A DNA stretch of 64,000 bases, taken from assembly GCA_963706575.1 (NCBI GenBank), contig CAVPNL010000012.1:192001-256000 (forward strand). The letters are read 5' to 3'. The notes beneath the pieces are model-generated. The model saw only the letters and a list, made by a program, of their open reading frames with translations, was not told the origin of the DNA and made no database searches. This document shows positions 37,536 to 47,493 of the stretch, one piece after another; position 1 is the stretch's first letter; every line of letters begins with the position of its first letter. This stretch comes from an uncultured delta proteobacterium (GTDB taxonomy: Bacteria; Desulfobacterota; Desulfobacteria; Desulfobacterales; JAHEIW01). The position numbers were made by a program, and so were the translations under genes.

Positions 37536-40013
37536 GTGAATAAAATGAATCTTGAAAATACGGTCTATGAAGTGGAATTTGTCAACTCGCGGGAACAGAC
37601 AGATGTCGCCCTTTCCTCGCTCTCCGATGATGCTGTTGATTTCCTCGAGCATTTTGGAGAGGAATATCTATTAGGGAAAGTCTTTCATGACATCATCGGT
37701 GAAGGCGACGGCCAAACCAAATTTCACAGGTTGTTAAACGCTGCCGGGTATGAAAATAACCCGCCTGGCTTTTTTTTAGAGATGACCGAAAAACTGGGAA
37801 ACGCAAGCAGTGCAAAGGGGGTTCCGATCGAAGTCAACGGCATTGACCTGCCCAACCTTTTCGTATTGTCAATCCTGGAAAAAATCATACCGGGCAACCG
37901 CTTTATCTCCATACGAGATGTGAGCCAATATGAAAAACTGGCCAATATTGCGGTTGGCGAATCGGAGCGGGATGCGCTGCAGGAGGTCATTGAGACCTAT
38001 CCGGTCAGGCTCTCCCTGCATACCCTTCGCCAGATGCGGGTGTCAAAGAACGTTGCCTACCAGTATGCGCCGTTTGTCGAGGAACTGGATCCGGTCGGAC
38101 AGGTCAACACCTGGATCGGTCAATTCCATCAGGGGCTTTTAGAGCGGATGTACCGTAATCGGGTTATCTTTTTGCTGAACATGAGCTGCCCGGTTTACTG
38201 TCGCTTCTGTTTCAGAAAACATAAAGATTCCAGAAACCAGGTCAATCCAACGGAAGCAGATGTGCGCGAGTCGGTCGATTATGTAGGGCAATCTCCCAAT
38301 ATTAAGGAAATTGTGATTACCGGGGGGGACCCCTTTTTGAACAAGAAAAACATGATGGCTGCCATTGACGGCTTGAAAGAGATCCCGCATGTTCAGACCC
38401 TTCGGCTGGCAACACGCTCCATTTCTTACTACCCGCATCTCTTCTACAAAGACAATTCCTTCTGGCTGAACTTTGTTAAGATGAAGAACCTTGAACTGCA
38501 ACAGCTGGGAAAACGCTTAGAGGTTGCCACCCATTTCATCCATCCAGATGAGATCTCCCTGGACAGCCTGGATATCATTTCGACGCTTGTCAAAAACGGC
38601 ATCAGCGTTTATGTCCAGACGCCTTTTCTGAGCAACTGCAATGATGAAGGCCCCGAACTAACAAGGCTCTTCAGCCTCTTAAGGGGCGCGGGGGCTGAAC
38701 TTCACTACATTTATATCCCCTGCAGTCCGATACAAGGTAACAGCGTTTATTGGTCGCCGATCTCAAAAGGGTTGGCCGCAGCCCAATATCTGCGGGCCCA
38801 CCTGTCGGATCGGATCATGCCCAGAATCTGTACGGCCACACCCATCGGAAAAATAGACTGGCACTCGAGCGGCTGGGCGGTTGAAAAAGATAAGCAAGAT
38901 GATCACTTTTTCTGGATCAGAACGCCCTATACCCCGGAATATTTTAAGGACTTCGCCCAGAAAGTCGAGGAGCAGGATGTCGTACGGGTCAACTCGGAAG
39001 GCACGCTGGATGCGCGCTTTATGGCACAAATCGGGGATGATTCGATATTCATTGGTTCCCGCAAAGCAGCGCCCGCCAAAGCAGATGAGACCGATCAGGA
39101 TGCCCTGGAAACGATGCAGGCCCTTACAAAAAAAGATCAGAGAATTGGATGTTCGATCGTTTCGACTGGATCGGCAAGCATTTTCAGAGCCCACGAGACG
39201 CGAGTTGAAATCGATGCGACGGCCAGCGATAAAGATTTGGATTATATTCGACAGGATAACCGAATCACCGATGTCGTCATTTCATCTGAGCAAGATGCCA
39301 TAGAGAACCTTTATGGCATCGGAAAGCTGATCGGCGATCTGCGCGAAATCCATCATGTCAACGCCGTCCGGTTGCGGAGTCTCAAATTCAACTATGAACC
39401 CGCGGTTTATACCAGGGCTGTCATTGAGCGGCTGGGTGAGCTCAACCGATTGGCGGTGGTCAATCCCTTGCGGCTGGAAATCGAGACGCAATTTCTGCAT
39501 TCCAGCGAAATCGAGCAAATCCATGAGGACCGAATAAAGGCTTTACACAATAAAGGCATTACCGTTTACAATAACACACCCCTTTTGGCAAACATCAATG
39601 ACAATGAGGAAGAAATACACCGCTTGGCGCACACTTGTCGAAAGATCGGCCTCGAATACCACCATCTGTATGTGGCCGGTTTGCCCCTGCAAAAAGATTG
39701 GAGTCAAAAACATCCCGTCGACATTTCTACTGTCATCGACATTGCAACGCGCGTCCGCAAGGACGGCAGCGGTCGGGAGATACCGCGCTATATCATCCTT
39801 ACGGAGCTGGGCGAAGTCGATTTCGGTCTTACATCGAGACTGTCGGAAGAAAACGGGGGGATGGTGCTAAAACTGACGCCATATACGCTGGATTATTTTA
39901 AAGGCATGGATCCGACTTACGACTGGCCGCCGCATGTCAGAATCGATACAGACGGTAAACCGATCATAGCGGTTGCCGGACTGGTGAACCCCAGCGGTTT
40001 TTTTATGACCTGA
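37536..40013 (+). CDS. KamA (lysine 2,3-aminomutase)-family radical SAM protein with a second degenerate repeat
   Basis: CPVYCRFCFRK, ITGGDP, RLATR, THFIHPDEI, QTPFL, PIGK. The C-terminal half repeats RLRS, TQFLHSSEI, NTPLL but lacks CxxxCxxC. Confidence 0.85.
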   Translation: MNKMNLENTVYEVEFVNSREQTDVALSSLSDDAVDFLEHFGEEYLLGKVFHDIIGEGDGQTKFHRLLNAAGYENNPPGFFLEMTEKLGNASSAKGVPIEVNGIDLPNLFVLSILEKIIPGNRFISIRDVSQYEKLANIAVGESERDALQEVIETYPVRLSLHTLRQMRVSKNVAYQYAPFVEELDPVGQVNTWIGQFHQGLLERMYRNRVIFLLNMSCPVYCRFCFRKHKDSRNQVNPTEADVRESVDYVGQSPNIKEIVITGGDPFLNKKNMMAAIDGLKEIPHVQTLRLATRSISYYPHLFYKDNSFWLNFVKMKNLELQQLGKRLEVATHFIHPDEISLDSLDIISTLVKNGISVYVQTPFLSNCNDEGPELTRLFSLLRGAGAELHYIYIPCSPIQGNSVYWSPISKGLAAAQYLRAHLSDRIMPRICTATPIGKIDWHSSGWAVEKDKQDDHFFWIRTPYTPEYFKDFAQKVEEQDVVRVNSEGTLDARFMAQIGDDSIFIGSRKAAPAKADETDQDALETMQALTKKDQRIGCSIVSTGSASIFRAHETRVEIDATASDKDLDYIRQDNRITDVVISSEQDAIENLYGIGKLIGDLREIHHVNAVRLRSLKFNYEPAVYTRAVIERLGELNRLAVVNPLRLEIETQFLHSSEIEQIHEDRIKALHNKGITVYNNTPLLANINDNEEEIHRLAHTCRKIGLEYHHLYVAGLPLQKDWSQKHPVDISTVIDIATRVRKDGSGREIPRYIILTELGEVDFGLTSRLSEENGGMVLKLTPYTLDYFKGMDPTYDWPPHVRIDTDGKPIIAVAGLVNPSGFFMT

Positions 40014-40021
40014 TTCAAGTA

Positions 40022-41662
40022 TTAATCGGATCGATAGACAATCCGGCCGTCAAAAATCGTCATTTCCACCCGGGTATCGGCGATCTGCATCGGATCCACC
40101 CCAAAAATATCTCTGTCTAAAACAGCCATGTCGGCCCTTTTTCCGGGCGTCAACGTGCCCATCTCCCGGGACTGACCGTAAAATGCAGCGGGCGCCGTCG
40201 TGTAACCCCGAACCGCATCTTCCACACTGATCCGTTGTTCGGGATACCACCCCCCCGCCGGAGTGCCGTCGCGCCTTTGGCGGGTAACGGCGGCATGAAT
40301 TCCCACCAGCGGGCTCGGATCACAGACCGGCGCATCGGAACTGAGAAGCACTGGAATGCCGGCATCGATCATTTCTTTATACGCATAGGTCCAACGGCCA
40401 CGGGGCCCGACCGATTCTTCAATCATATTGATGTCCAGAATCATGTTGTGCGGCTGGACACAGGCCGCCACCTTGAGTTTGGCCAGTCGTTGGATGTCTT
40501 CGGATCGAATCATCTGGGTATGCTCAATGCGATGGGGCAGCAGCGGCGGCACGATGGATTGCTCCTTTGTCTCGTTGCGCAATTTAGCGAGTCTCTCGAA
40601 AATGGTAATGACCTCGCGATTGGTCCGATCTCCAATGGCATGGACCATTACGGCCAGTCCTGCCTTTTCCGCCGCGGCGATGCTGCGGCTCAGTTCAGCC
40701 ATGGAGCCCAGCGGCATGCCGTATTCGGCATCCAGATAGGGTTCCAGCATCCAGGCAGTGCGCGCGCCCATGCCGCCGTCCGCAAAGTATTTGAGGTGGC
40801 CAATGCGAAGACATTCATCACCGAGCCCGGTTCGCAGTCCCAATGCGATGGCCTCCTCCAGGCATTCACCGGCAAGACTCACCCAACACCGTAAATCAAG
40901 TTTCCCTTTTTCGTTTAAAAGTTGCCAGGCCTTTAAAGCCGGAGCACCCTCCAGACCGCCCATGAGGCGTACATCGTGAAGGCCCGTCAGACCTAAGGTG
41001 TGCAAGTATTTGATGCCATCTCGCATTGCAGCCACAAGTTCATCAGCACTTGGCGCCGGGATAACCGCTTTGACCAGATTGGGAGCCAGTTCCCGCAGAA
41101 TGCCGGTTGGACGCCCGGATGAATCCTTTTCAATCACACCGTCGGGAGGGTCCGGGGTTGTTTCATCAATACCGGCCAGTTCCAGGGCACGCGAGTTAAC
41201 CGAGACCAGGTGCAAATCACAGCGCCAGAGGGCGACCGGATGGGCCGGAGCCATTGCATCGAGATGATCCCGGCGGGGCATGGTATGTTCGGGCCAATCG
41301 GACTCATTCCAGCCCTGACCCAAAATCCAATTCGCCGGCGGTAACTTTGCGGCAGCCCGCGCAACCTGGTTGAGTAATTCATCTAAAGATTTGACACGCG
41401 CCAGATCGAGTTGCTGTCGCCCCATGGCCCAATCATAGAAATGAAAATGAGAATCCATCATACCCGGAATTCCCAGACGACCATTGAGGTTGACCCGCTC
41501 TGTTTTTGAATCCGCCAGGGCGCTAATTTCGTCATTATCACCGACAGCCATAATCCGGCCGGCTTTGACAGCCAGGGCCTGGGCCCGGGGTCTTTGAGCG
41601 TCCAGTGTTCGTATCTGGCCATTAAATAAAATCAGATCTGGCATAAAGGGGCTGCGGGTCAT
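40022..41662 (-). CDS. Amidohydrolase 3 family (YtcJ-like)
   Basis: PGMMDSHFH, KYFADG..GARTA, HAIGD, RIEHTQ, SSDAP, GKRADM. Confidence 0.92.
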   Translation of the reverse strand: MTRSPFMPDLILFNGQIRTLDAQRPRAQALAVKAGRIMAVGDNDEISALADSKTERVNLNGRLGIPGMMDSHFHFYDWAMGRQQLDLARVKSLDELLNQVARAAAKLPPANWILGQGWNESDWPEHTMPRRDHLDAMAPAHPVALWRCDLHLVSVNSRALELAGIDETTPDPPDGVIEKDSSGRPTGILRELAPNLVKAVIPAPSADELVAAMRDGIKYLHTLGLTGLHDVRLMGGLEGAPALKAWQLLNEKGKLDLRCWVSLAGECLEEAIALGLRTGLGDECLRIGHLKYFADGGMGARTAWMLEPYLDAEYGMPLGSMAELSRSIAAAEKAGLAVMVHAIGDRTNREVITIFERLAKLRNETKEQSIVPPLLPHRIEHTQMIRSEDIQRLAKLKVAACVQPHNMILDINMIEESVGPRGRWTYAYKEMIDAGIPVLLSSDAPVCDPSPLVGIHAAVTRQRRDGTPAGGWYPEQRISVEDAVRGYTTAPAAFYGQSREMGTLTPGKRADMAVLDRDIFGVDPMQIADTRVEMTIFDGRIVYRSD

Positions 41663-42699
41663 AGTAAAAATCCTTTCTGAAATGGATCGCGCGCATCAAT
41701 GATGAATTCGTGTCTGCCGGTGATATGAGCGCTTCCGCGCACTTCTGCAACAACTGCCTTTTTATCCCCCAGCCGGGTTTCTTCCACGAGCCGGCCCTGA
41801 AAGGTGGTTCCGAGCGGACTTGTGTTAATGAAGGTTTTGTTGAGCCCGAGTTGGCCCCGGTGATGGAGCAGGGTCATTTTGGCCGTGGTACCGGTGCCGC
41901 AAGGCGAGCGGTCCATATGTTCTTCGCCCAAAATAACAATGCTTTTTCCTTTGCCCTGAGCGTCCGATGCTGGATCATAAAATTCCGTTACATCCACCGT
42001 GTTGACTTCAGGCCGCGTGGGATGGCGCACGGTCAATTGTTGATTGGCTGCTTGAATGAGGGCCATCCCCAATTCGATGAAACGGCGCCCATTGGACGCG
42101 GTGAAGTCCAGACCGATCTGATCCGATGAGACCATGACGAAGAACCCACCCACACAGACCGTTGCAACCTGCAGCCGACCCAACTCAGGAATGGATAGGG
42201 TTTCATCGTCGCTGTAAACAAACGAAGGCACCATCTGGATCGCAACCGATTCGACCTTGCCGTTCTGCAGGTAGGCCGTCGTTTGCATGGGGCCCGAAGG
42301 TGTGTCAACCATAACCTGTTGCGCGTCGCCGTCTGCATCGATTACACCCGCCTCGATCAGGGTCATGACCGCACCCATGGTCGCATGCCCGCAAAGATAA
42401 GGATAGCGGCGCGCATCCATATAAATCAGACCAAACCGGGCACCGTCCGATACGGGTTCGGTGACACATGCGGCAAACATGTCGCGATGACCGCGGGGTT
42501 CGCGCGTCAGCAACAGACGGATGTGATCATAGCGTTCCATGAAAAAAGCCCGTTTTTCCTGCATGGTCTCACCCGGCACGGGACCCACCCCGCCCACAAT
42601 CAGGCGCGCCGGTTCCCCGGCGATGTGCGAATCAATCGAAACAATTCGGTCTGGATAGCGCTCAAAGAATTGGTTTGCGATCCGATCCAGTTTCAGCAT
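41659..42699 (-). CDS. Proline racemase / hydroxyproline 2-epimerase family
   Basis: DSHIAGEPAR, EPRGH.DM, LCGH, DRSPCGTGT (Cys/Cys dyad). AGGAGG RBS before ATG 42699. Confidence 0.92.
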   Translation of the reverse strand: MLKLDRIANQFFERYPDRIVSIDSHIAGEPARLIVGGVGPVPGETMQEKRAFFMERYDHIRLLLTREPRGHRDMFAACVTEPVSDGARFGLIYMDARRYPYLCGHATMGAVMTLIEAGVIDADGDAQQVMVDTPSGPMQTTAYLQNGKVESVAIQMVPSFVYSDDETLSIPELGRLQVATVCVGGFFVMVSSDQIGLDFTASNGRRFIELGMALIQAANQQLTVRHPTRPEVNTVDVTEFYDPASDAQGKGKSIVILGEEHMDRSPCGTGTTAKMTLLHHRGQLGLNKTFINTSPLGTTFQGRLVEETRLGDKKAVVAEVRGSAHITGRHEFIIDARDPFQKGFLL

Positions 42700-42846
42700 A
42701 CGCGCCCCTCCTTTTTTTACCCTTGTTGTCTTAGGAAGCGAGTTCACATTCAGGTCGGCCAACAACCGCAGAAAAAAAACCTGAAAACGGCAGTGTCTGC
42801 TTTCAGGTTTCAGATCGGAAAGTTTGCCGAAAAACGGTCTGCCGGG

Positions 42847-43947
42847 TCATTCTACGAGAATCAAATGGCAGTGGTGTGGCGATACCTGCACGCTGACCTC
42901 CTCGCCGATGTTGAAGATCTGTGTTCTCATCATACTGATGACATGAATTTCCCGGTCGGCGCTCAGTTCAATGAAGTAACTGACCTCTCCGCCCATGTAA
43001 CTGCGGTCTTTGATGCGGCCCTGAAAGTGGTTCATCCCCTCCACCGGTTTGAATTCATCTTTGGGAAAAACATCGAACCGCTGGGCGCGGACGATGATTT
43101 CCACCTGGTCACTTTTCGAGAATCCGCCTTTATTTTTAGCAAAGAGGACATCGCCGGTCTCAATTTTGACGTTTACCTGCTGGTCGTCGACATCGACGAC
43201 TTGGCCCAAAATGAAATTAGAGTGGCCCAGAAAATCGGCCACAAAATGGTTGGCCGGCTCATTGTAAACCGCTTGGGGGTGTCCCTCCTGTTGCTTTTGG
43301 CCGTCTTTCATGACGAGGATCTTGTCCGACATGCTCAATGCTTCCCGCTGATCATGGGTGACAAAGATGGTGGTGACGCCAAGCATCTGCTGCAGGTTGT
43401 CTACCTCGCGCCGCATCTCTTCCCTCAAGTTCTCGTCCAGCGCGGAGAGCGGTTCGTCCATCAACAGGACATCCGGCTCGATTACGATGGCGCGTGCCAT
43501 GGCGATGCGCTGCTGCTGGCCGCCGGAAAGCTGGCTCGGCATACGGTTCTCCACGCCGGGCAGGCGAACCATCTGCAGTGCCCGTGTCACCTTTTTGTTG
43601 ATCTCCTCTTTTGACACATCCCTGTACTTCAAACCGAAGGCCACATTTTCAAAGATGGTTTTGTGGGGAAACAGGGCGTAGTTCTGAAAAATCATTCCCA
43701 GGTTTCGTTTGTGGATCGGTGTGTCGTTGATCCGGATCCCCTTGATGAAAATATCGCCTTCGGTGGGCTCCTCCAGACCGGCCACCATGCGCAGCAAGGT
43801 GGTCTTCCCGCATCCGGAAGGACCCAGCAACGTCACCAGGCTCCCTTCTTCGATGTCAAAATCCATTTTCTCAACGGCGACAACGCTGCCGAACCGTTTT
43901 AAAATGCCTTTGAACTGCACAATGGGCTGCTTCTTGTCGGTCGCCAA
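42847..43947 (-). CDS. ABC transporter ATP-binding protein (PotA-like, TOBE domain)
   Basis: GPSGCGKT, LSGGQQQR, DEPLSALD. Confidence 0.93.
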   Translation of the reverse strand: MATDKKQPIVQFKGILKRFGSVVAVEKMDFDIEEGSLVTLLGPSGCGKTTLLRMVAGLEEPTEGDIFIKGIRINDTPIHKRNLGMIFQNYALFPHKTIFENVAFGLKYRDVSKEEINKKVTRALQMVRLPGVENRMPSQLSGGQQQRIAMARAIVIEPDVLLMDEPLSALDENLREEMRREVDNLQQMLGVTTIFVTHDQREALSMSDKILVMKDGQKQQEGHPQAVYNEPANHFVADFLGHSNFILGQVVDVDDQQVNVKIETGDVLFAKNKGGFSKSDQVEIIVRAQRFDVFPKDEFKPVEGMNHFQGRIKDRSYMGGEVSYFIELSADREIHVISMMRTQIFNIGEEVSVQVSPHHCHLILVE

Positions 43948-43982
43948 TTTATTCTGTCTCCCTGTTCACGTTTGCCTAATAC

Positions 43983-44022
43983 CGGGGTCGGACAGCTCCC
44001 CTTAAAGAGCGTCCGACCCCGG
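43983..44022. terminator. Strong hairpin between the SBP and ATPase genes
   Basis: cggggtcggac ... gtccgaccccg. Confidence 0.55.
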
Positions 44023-44065
44023 CGATCAAGTCGCATTTACAAACATTGATCTATCGAAGGTTGAT

Positions 44066-45229
44066 CTAACTGCCCGCCTTGACTCGATCCCATTTCTCGG
44101 CCCATTCCACCTGATTGGCATTCCAGTAGGCCGGATTGGCAAACAGGTACCCTTCCAGTTTGCCGGTGGGATCAAAGGCCGGCATCTTCTGGATCTTCTC
44201 TGTTAATTTAACCTTGGTCGGATCGAGGCTGGGCGGATAATTCTGCCCTTCGGCCACAGCGATGGCCGCGGCTGGCTCAAGCATGAAATTGAGCAGCTGC
44301 TGGGCAATCTCCATATCAGTGCCTTTCAGGACGAAAAGATATTCCATCCAGGAGTAGGTGCCACTGGGGGAGAGGTAGCCGATGGGGTGGCCTTCCTGCT
44401 GAAGTGCGGCCACCCGTCCGGACCAGGCCACCGTGGCATAGATCTCCCCGTTGGCCAGCAAGCTCATCAACTCGGCGCCGGAGCTCCAATATTTCTTCAT
44501 CAGGCCGCGCTGTTCACTCAATGCGGCCCAGATGGCCTTCAGGTCGGTCATGTTGTTGGGGCTCTGGCCGGTGTGAAGCGCCGCGTACCACATGTTGGTC
44601 CTGTGGTCGCCGCCCCAGCTGCCCAGTTTGCCTTTCAAGTCTTTGTCCCACAGCAGGGAAGCGCCGAGCTTTTCGGCCTTTTCCTTGCTGATATACTTGG
44701 TATTGTAAGCAATACCGGTCTGTCCCAGATCGTAGGGGACGGCCGAGAGGGTTCCCTTGGTGATCTCCCGTAAGGGTTTGATCATTGACGCCATGACATT
44801 TTTTAGGTTGGGAATTTTGGATTCATCCAGTACCGAAGCGTATCCCAAATCCACATAGCGGGCGTAATCGAAAACGGCGCTGAGATGGGCGATGTTGAAC
44901 TCCCCGCCCGGTGGGAAAGAGGCTTTGACGCGCGTCAGGTAGGAGTCCATTCCACCGAATTCGCCATCGATGACCTTAATGCCCGTGGCTTTGGTAAAAG
45001 GCTTAAACGCGTGTTCCCGGAACGCCTCGGAAACCACGCCGCCCCATCCGTCGAAACGGATGGACTTGGCTGCCCAGGCCTTTTTCACGGCATTTCCAAA
45101 GGGCGACCCGACCAGCCCGATGGCGGCGCCGGCAAGGCCAAGGTACTTGAGAAAGTGACGTCGGCTGAGGGTGCCGTTTTTGTACGCCTCATATAAATTA
45201 TCCAGTTTTTCTTTCGTTACGTTAGCCAT
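44066..45229 (-). CDS. Tat-exported ABC substrate-binding protein (PotD/PotF-like)
   Basis: SRRHFLK twin-arginine signal. WGG, AYNT, AWSGR. Confidence 0.9.
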   Translation of the reverse strand: MANVTKEKLDNLYEAYKNGTLSRRHFLKYLGLAGAAIGLVGSPFGNAVKKAWAAKSIRFDGWGGVVSEAFREHAFKPFTKATGIKVIDGEFGGMDSYLTRVKASFPPGGEFNIAHLSAVFDYARYVDLGYASVLDESKIPNLKNVMASMIKPLREITKGTLSAVPYDLGQTGIAYNTKYISKEKAEKLGASLLWDKDLKGKLGSWGGDHRTNMWYAALHTGQSPNNMTDLKAIWAALSEQRGLMKKYWSSGAELMSLLANGEIYATVAWSGRVAALQQEGHPIGYLSPSGTYSWMEYLFVLKGTDMEIAQQLLNFMLEPAAAIAVAEGQNYPPSLDPTKVKLTEKIQKMPAFDPTGKLEGYLFANPAYWNANQVEWAEKWDRVKAGS

Positions 45230-45259
45230 TGGTTCTCCTTTCAGCTGAGGGTTGTCAAT

Positions 45260-46057
45260 TTATGTCTTTACTTTCGAAAACTTGCGTGACAAGTAACCTG
45301 CCAGCAATGGGGTGGTAACGGTCAGTACGATCATGACGGCGCCCAGGGCATTGATTTCCGGGCTGATGGAATTTCTCAGCATGCTGAAAATCTTGACCGG
45401 AACGGTTTGATTTTGTGCCGTGGCCCAGAAAAGTGTCGCCGTGATATCATCGAACGAAATGGTAAAGGAAAAAAGGGCGCCAGCCAATATGGCCGGCAAC
45501 AATAACGGTAAAGTGATCTCTTTAAATGTTTGAAAGGCATTGGCGCCCAGGGATTTTGCCGCCTCTTCGTACTCTTTTTTAATGCCCACCAGACGTGCCT
45601 GAACGATCAAAAGCACATAGGGCAGGGTCAATACGACATGCCCGATCAGCAGCAGGGCGAAACTCTTGGGCTGCTGAAGAAACCGTAAAAACAGCAAAAG
45701 CGCAACCCCCAAAACCACTTCCGGGATCATGATCGGAGATAGCAGCAGGGTGTTGAGGGTGTTTTTGCCGGGAAATTCGAAACGGATAAATGCCAGCGCT
45801 GCAAGAATGCCGATAGCGGTGGATAGCACCGCGGTCAGCGAGCCCAGGACGAGAGAGTTTTTAAAAGCGCCAATGATCGCTTCATTTTGAGCCAGTTTGA
45901 TGAACCACCGGAAGCTGACACCCTCCATGGGGAAGATACCGAATTGCTTGGGGTTGAATGAAAGCACGATGACCACGACGATAGGCGCGAACAGGAATAC
46001 GTAGACGATAACCGTGTAGATTCGGATCAATGACCATCCTATTGAGAATTGTTTCAT
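45260..46057 (-). CDS. ABC permease (PotC-like)
   Basis: EEAAKSLGA loop, FTISFDD, PEINA. Confidence 0.92.
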   Translation of the reverse strand: MKQFSIGWSLIRIYTVIVYVFLFAPIVVVIVLSFNPKQFGIFPMEGVSFRWFIKLAQNEAIIGAFKNSLVLGSLTAVLSTAIGILAALAFIRFEFPGKNTLNTLLLSPIMIPEVVLGVALLLFLRFLQQPKSFALLLIGHVVLTLPYVLLIVQARLVGIKKEYEEAAKSLGANAFQTFKEITLPLLLPAILAGALFSFTISFDDITATLFWATAQNQTVPVKIFSMLRNSISPEINALGAVMIVLTVTTPLLAGYLSRKFSKVKT

Positions 46058-46060
46058 GGT

Positions 46061-46927
46061 CTAATTTCCCTGAAGGCTTTTGAAAATCTGATTGATTCCC
46101 AGGTAGCGGTTGTAGGTCCACACGATCACAAACAACAGGGAGAGCAGGATTACGCTGATGGCCGAGCCGAATGGCCAGTCCAGCGTGCCGACGATCCGCT
46201 TGAAAATGAGATTGGCAATCATTTCGTTTCCCGGTCCACCCAGTATCATGGGCGGCAGATAGGTCCCGGCAGTCAGCACGAAAACCAGCAGACAACCGGC
46301 GCTGACACCCGGGAGACTGAGCGGCAGCGTCACCTCTCGAAATGCCTGCCATTCAGTACAGCCCATGCAGCGTGCAGCTTCGAGAAGACTCTTGTCGATG
46401 CCTTCCAGGCTGACATAAATATTCAGCACCATAAACGGCAGCAGATACATGATCAATCCCATGAGCACGGTGAATTCATTATAAAGCATGGATATGGGCG
46501 ATTGAATCAGTCCGATCTTCAACAGGAAGTGGTTGATCAGTCCCGAATCGCCCATAATGTTGATCCAGCTCATGGTACGGATGATGAAGCTGACCCAGAA
46601 CGGCAGCATGATAAGCAGAAGAAAAGCCTTTTTATAACGGCTTTCGCTGCGGTAGAAAAAATAGGCGGGGATATATCCCATGAAAACGCAGAGAATGACG
46701 GTCTCAAAGGAGATGCGAATCGTTCGTATGAGAATTTTCGGGTAGAAGAAATCTTCGAAGAATTTGGCGTAATTCCCTAATTGGAAGGCGGGGATGTCCG
46801 CTCCGCTGGGAGATCTCAACCAAAAGCTGTAAACGACGATGAAGCATACGGGGATAACCAGTAAAAGAAATATGGCGCTAAGCGCCGGGGACAAAAGGCC
46901 CCAAGGTTTCCATGATTTTTTTAGCAT
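46061..46927 (-). CDS. ABC permease (PotB-like)
   Basis: LPFWVSFIIR, EAARCMGC, DWPFGSA. Confidence 0.92.
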   Translation of the reverse strand: MLKKSWKPWGLLSPALSAIFLLLVIPVCFIVVYSFWLRSPSGADIPAFQLGNYAKFFEDFFYPKILIRTIRISFETVILCVFMGYIPAYFFYRSESRYKKAFLLLIMLPFWVSFIIRTMSWINIMGDSGLINHFLLKIGLIQSPISMLYNEFTVLMGLIMYLLPFMVLNIYVSLEGIDKSLLEAARCMGCTEWQAFREVTLPLSLPGVSAGCLLVFVLTAGTYLPPMILGGPGNEMIANLIFKRIVGTLDWPFGSAISVILLSLLFVIVWTYNRYLGINQIFKSLQGN

Positions 46928-47493
46928 TCTTTCTCACAGGTTTGAAAGAATATAAATTAAAAATAATTTAATTAAGAAACACTTAATTGAACTGCTGCTC
47001 AAAGTCAAGGACGACGATCTATAAAATACCGGTATTTACGTTTGATTCCGGCTGTAGAAGAAGTATCGACGCTACTTCGCCAAAATTTGTATCTTTAATA
47101 GAGTAAAATTATCAAATTATGATTATTTTTTTGTCGCAATCGTCGTCAAGTCAATATTCTAGGGCATTTATCCTCATAGACCATTAAAAAAATTGATGAT
47201 TTCAGAGAATTTGTATGCTTGACGTTTTTGGGAATTTTTTGTAGGAACCTAATCAACAGAACCCGACAAAACTGCAAGTGAACCGCCTGATTACTGCCAA
47301 AGCTTTTGAGAATGGACTAATCATTTATGCGCTACGGTCAATCAATGGCCCTGCAGGGGACCATGTCCTTATTGCTCACCGGTGCAGATATTCGCATACC
47401 ACAGGGGGATATCCCCGGGTTTTGAGCGCATCAATCTAAAACTACCTGCCAGTCGATCTGAAGCAAATCGGTTATAGAGTAATTGGGAAAAGT

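Noticed and set aside
42283..43614. 443-aa plus-strand ORF and other long antisense ORFs (4447, 8809, 26867, 29323, 46049, 58248)
   Set aside because: These are shadows of well-supported genes on the opposite strand and have no recognisable motifs.
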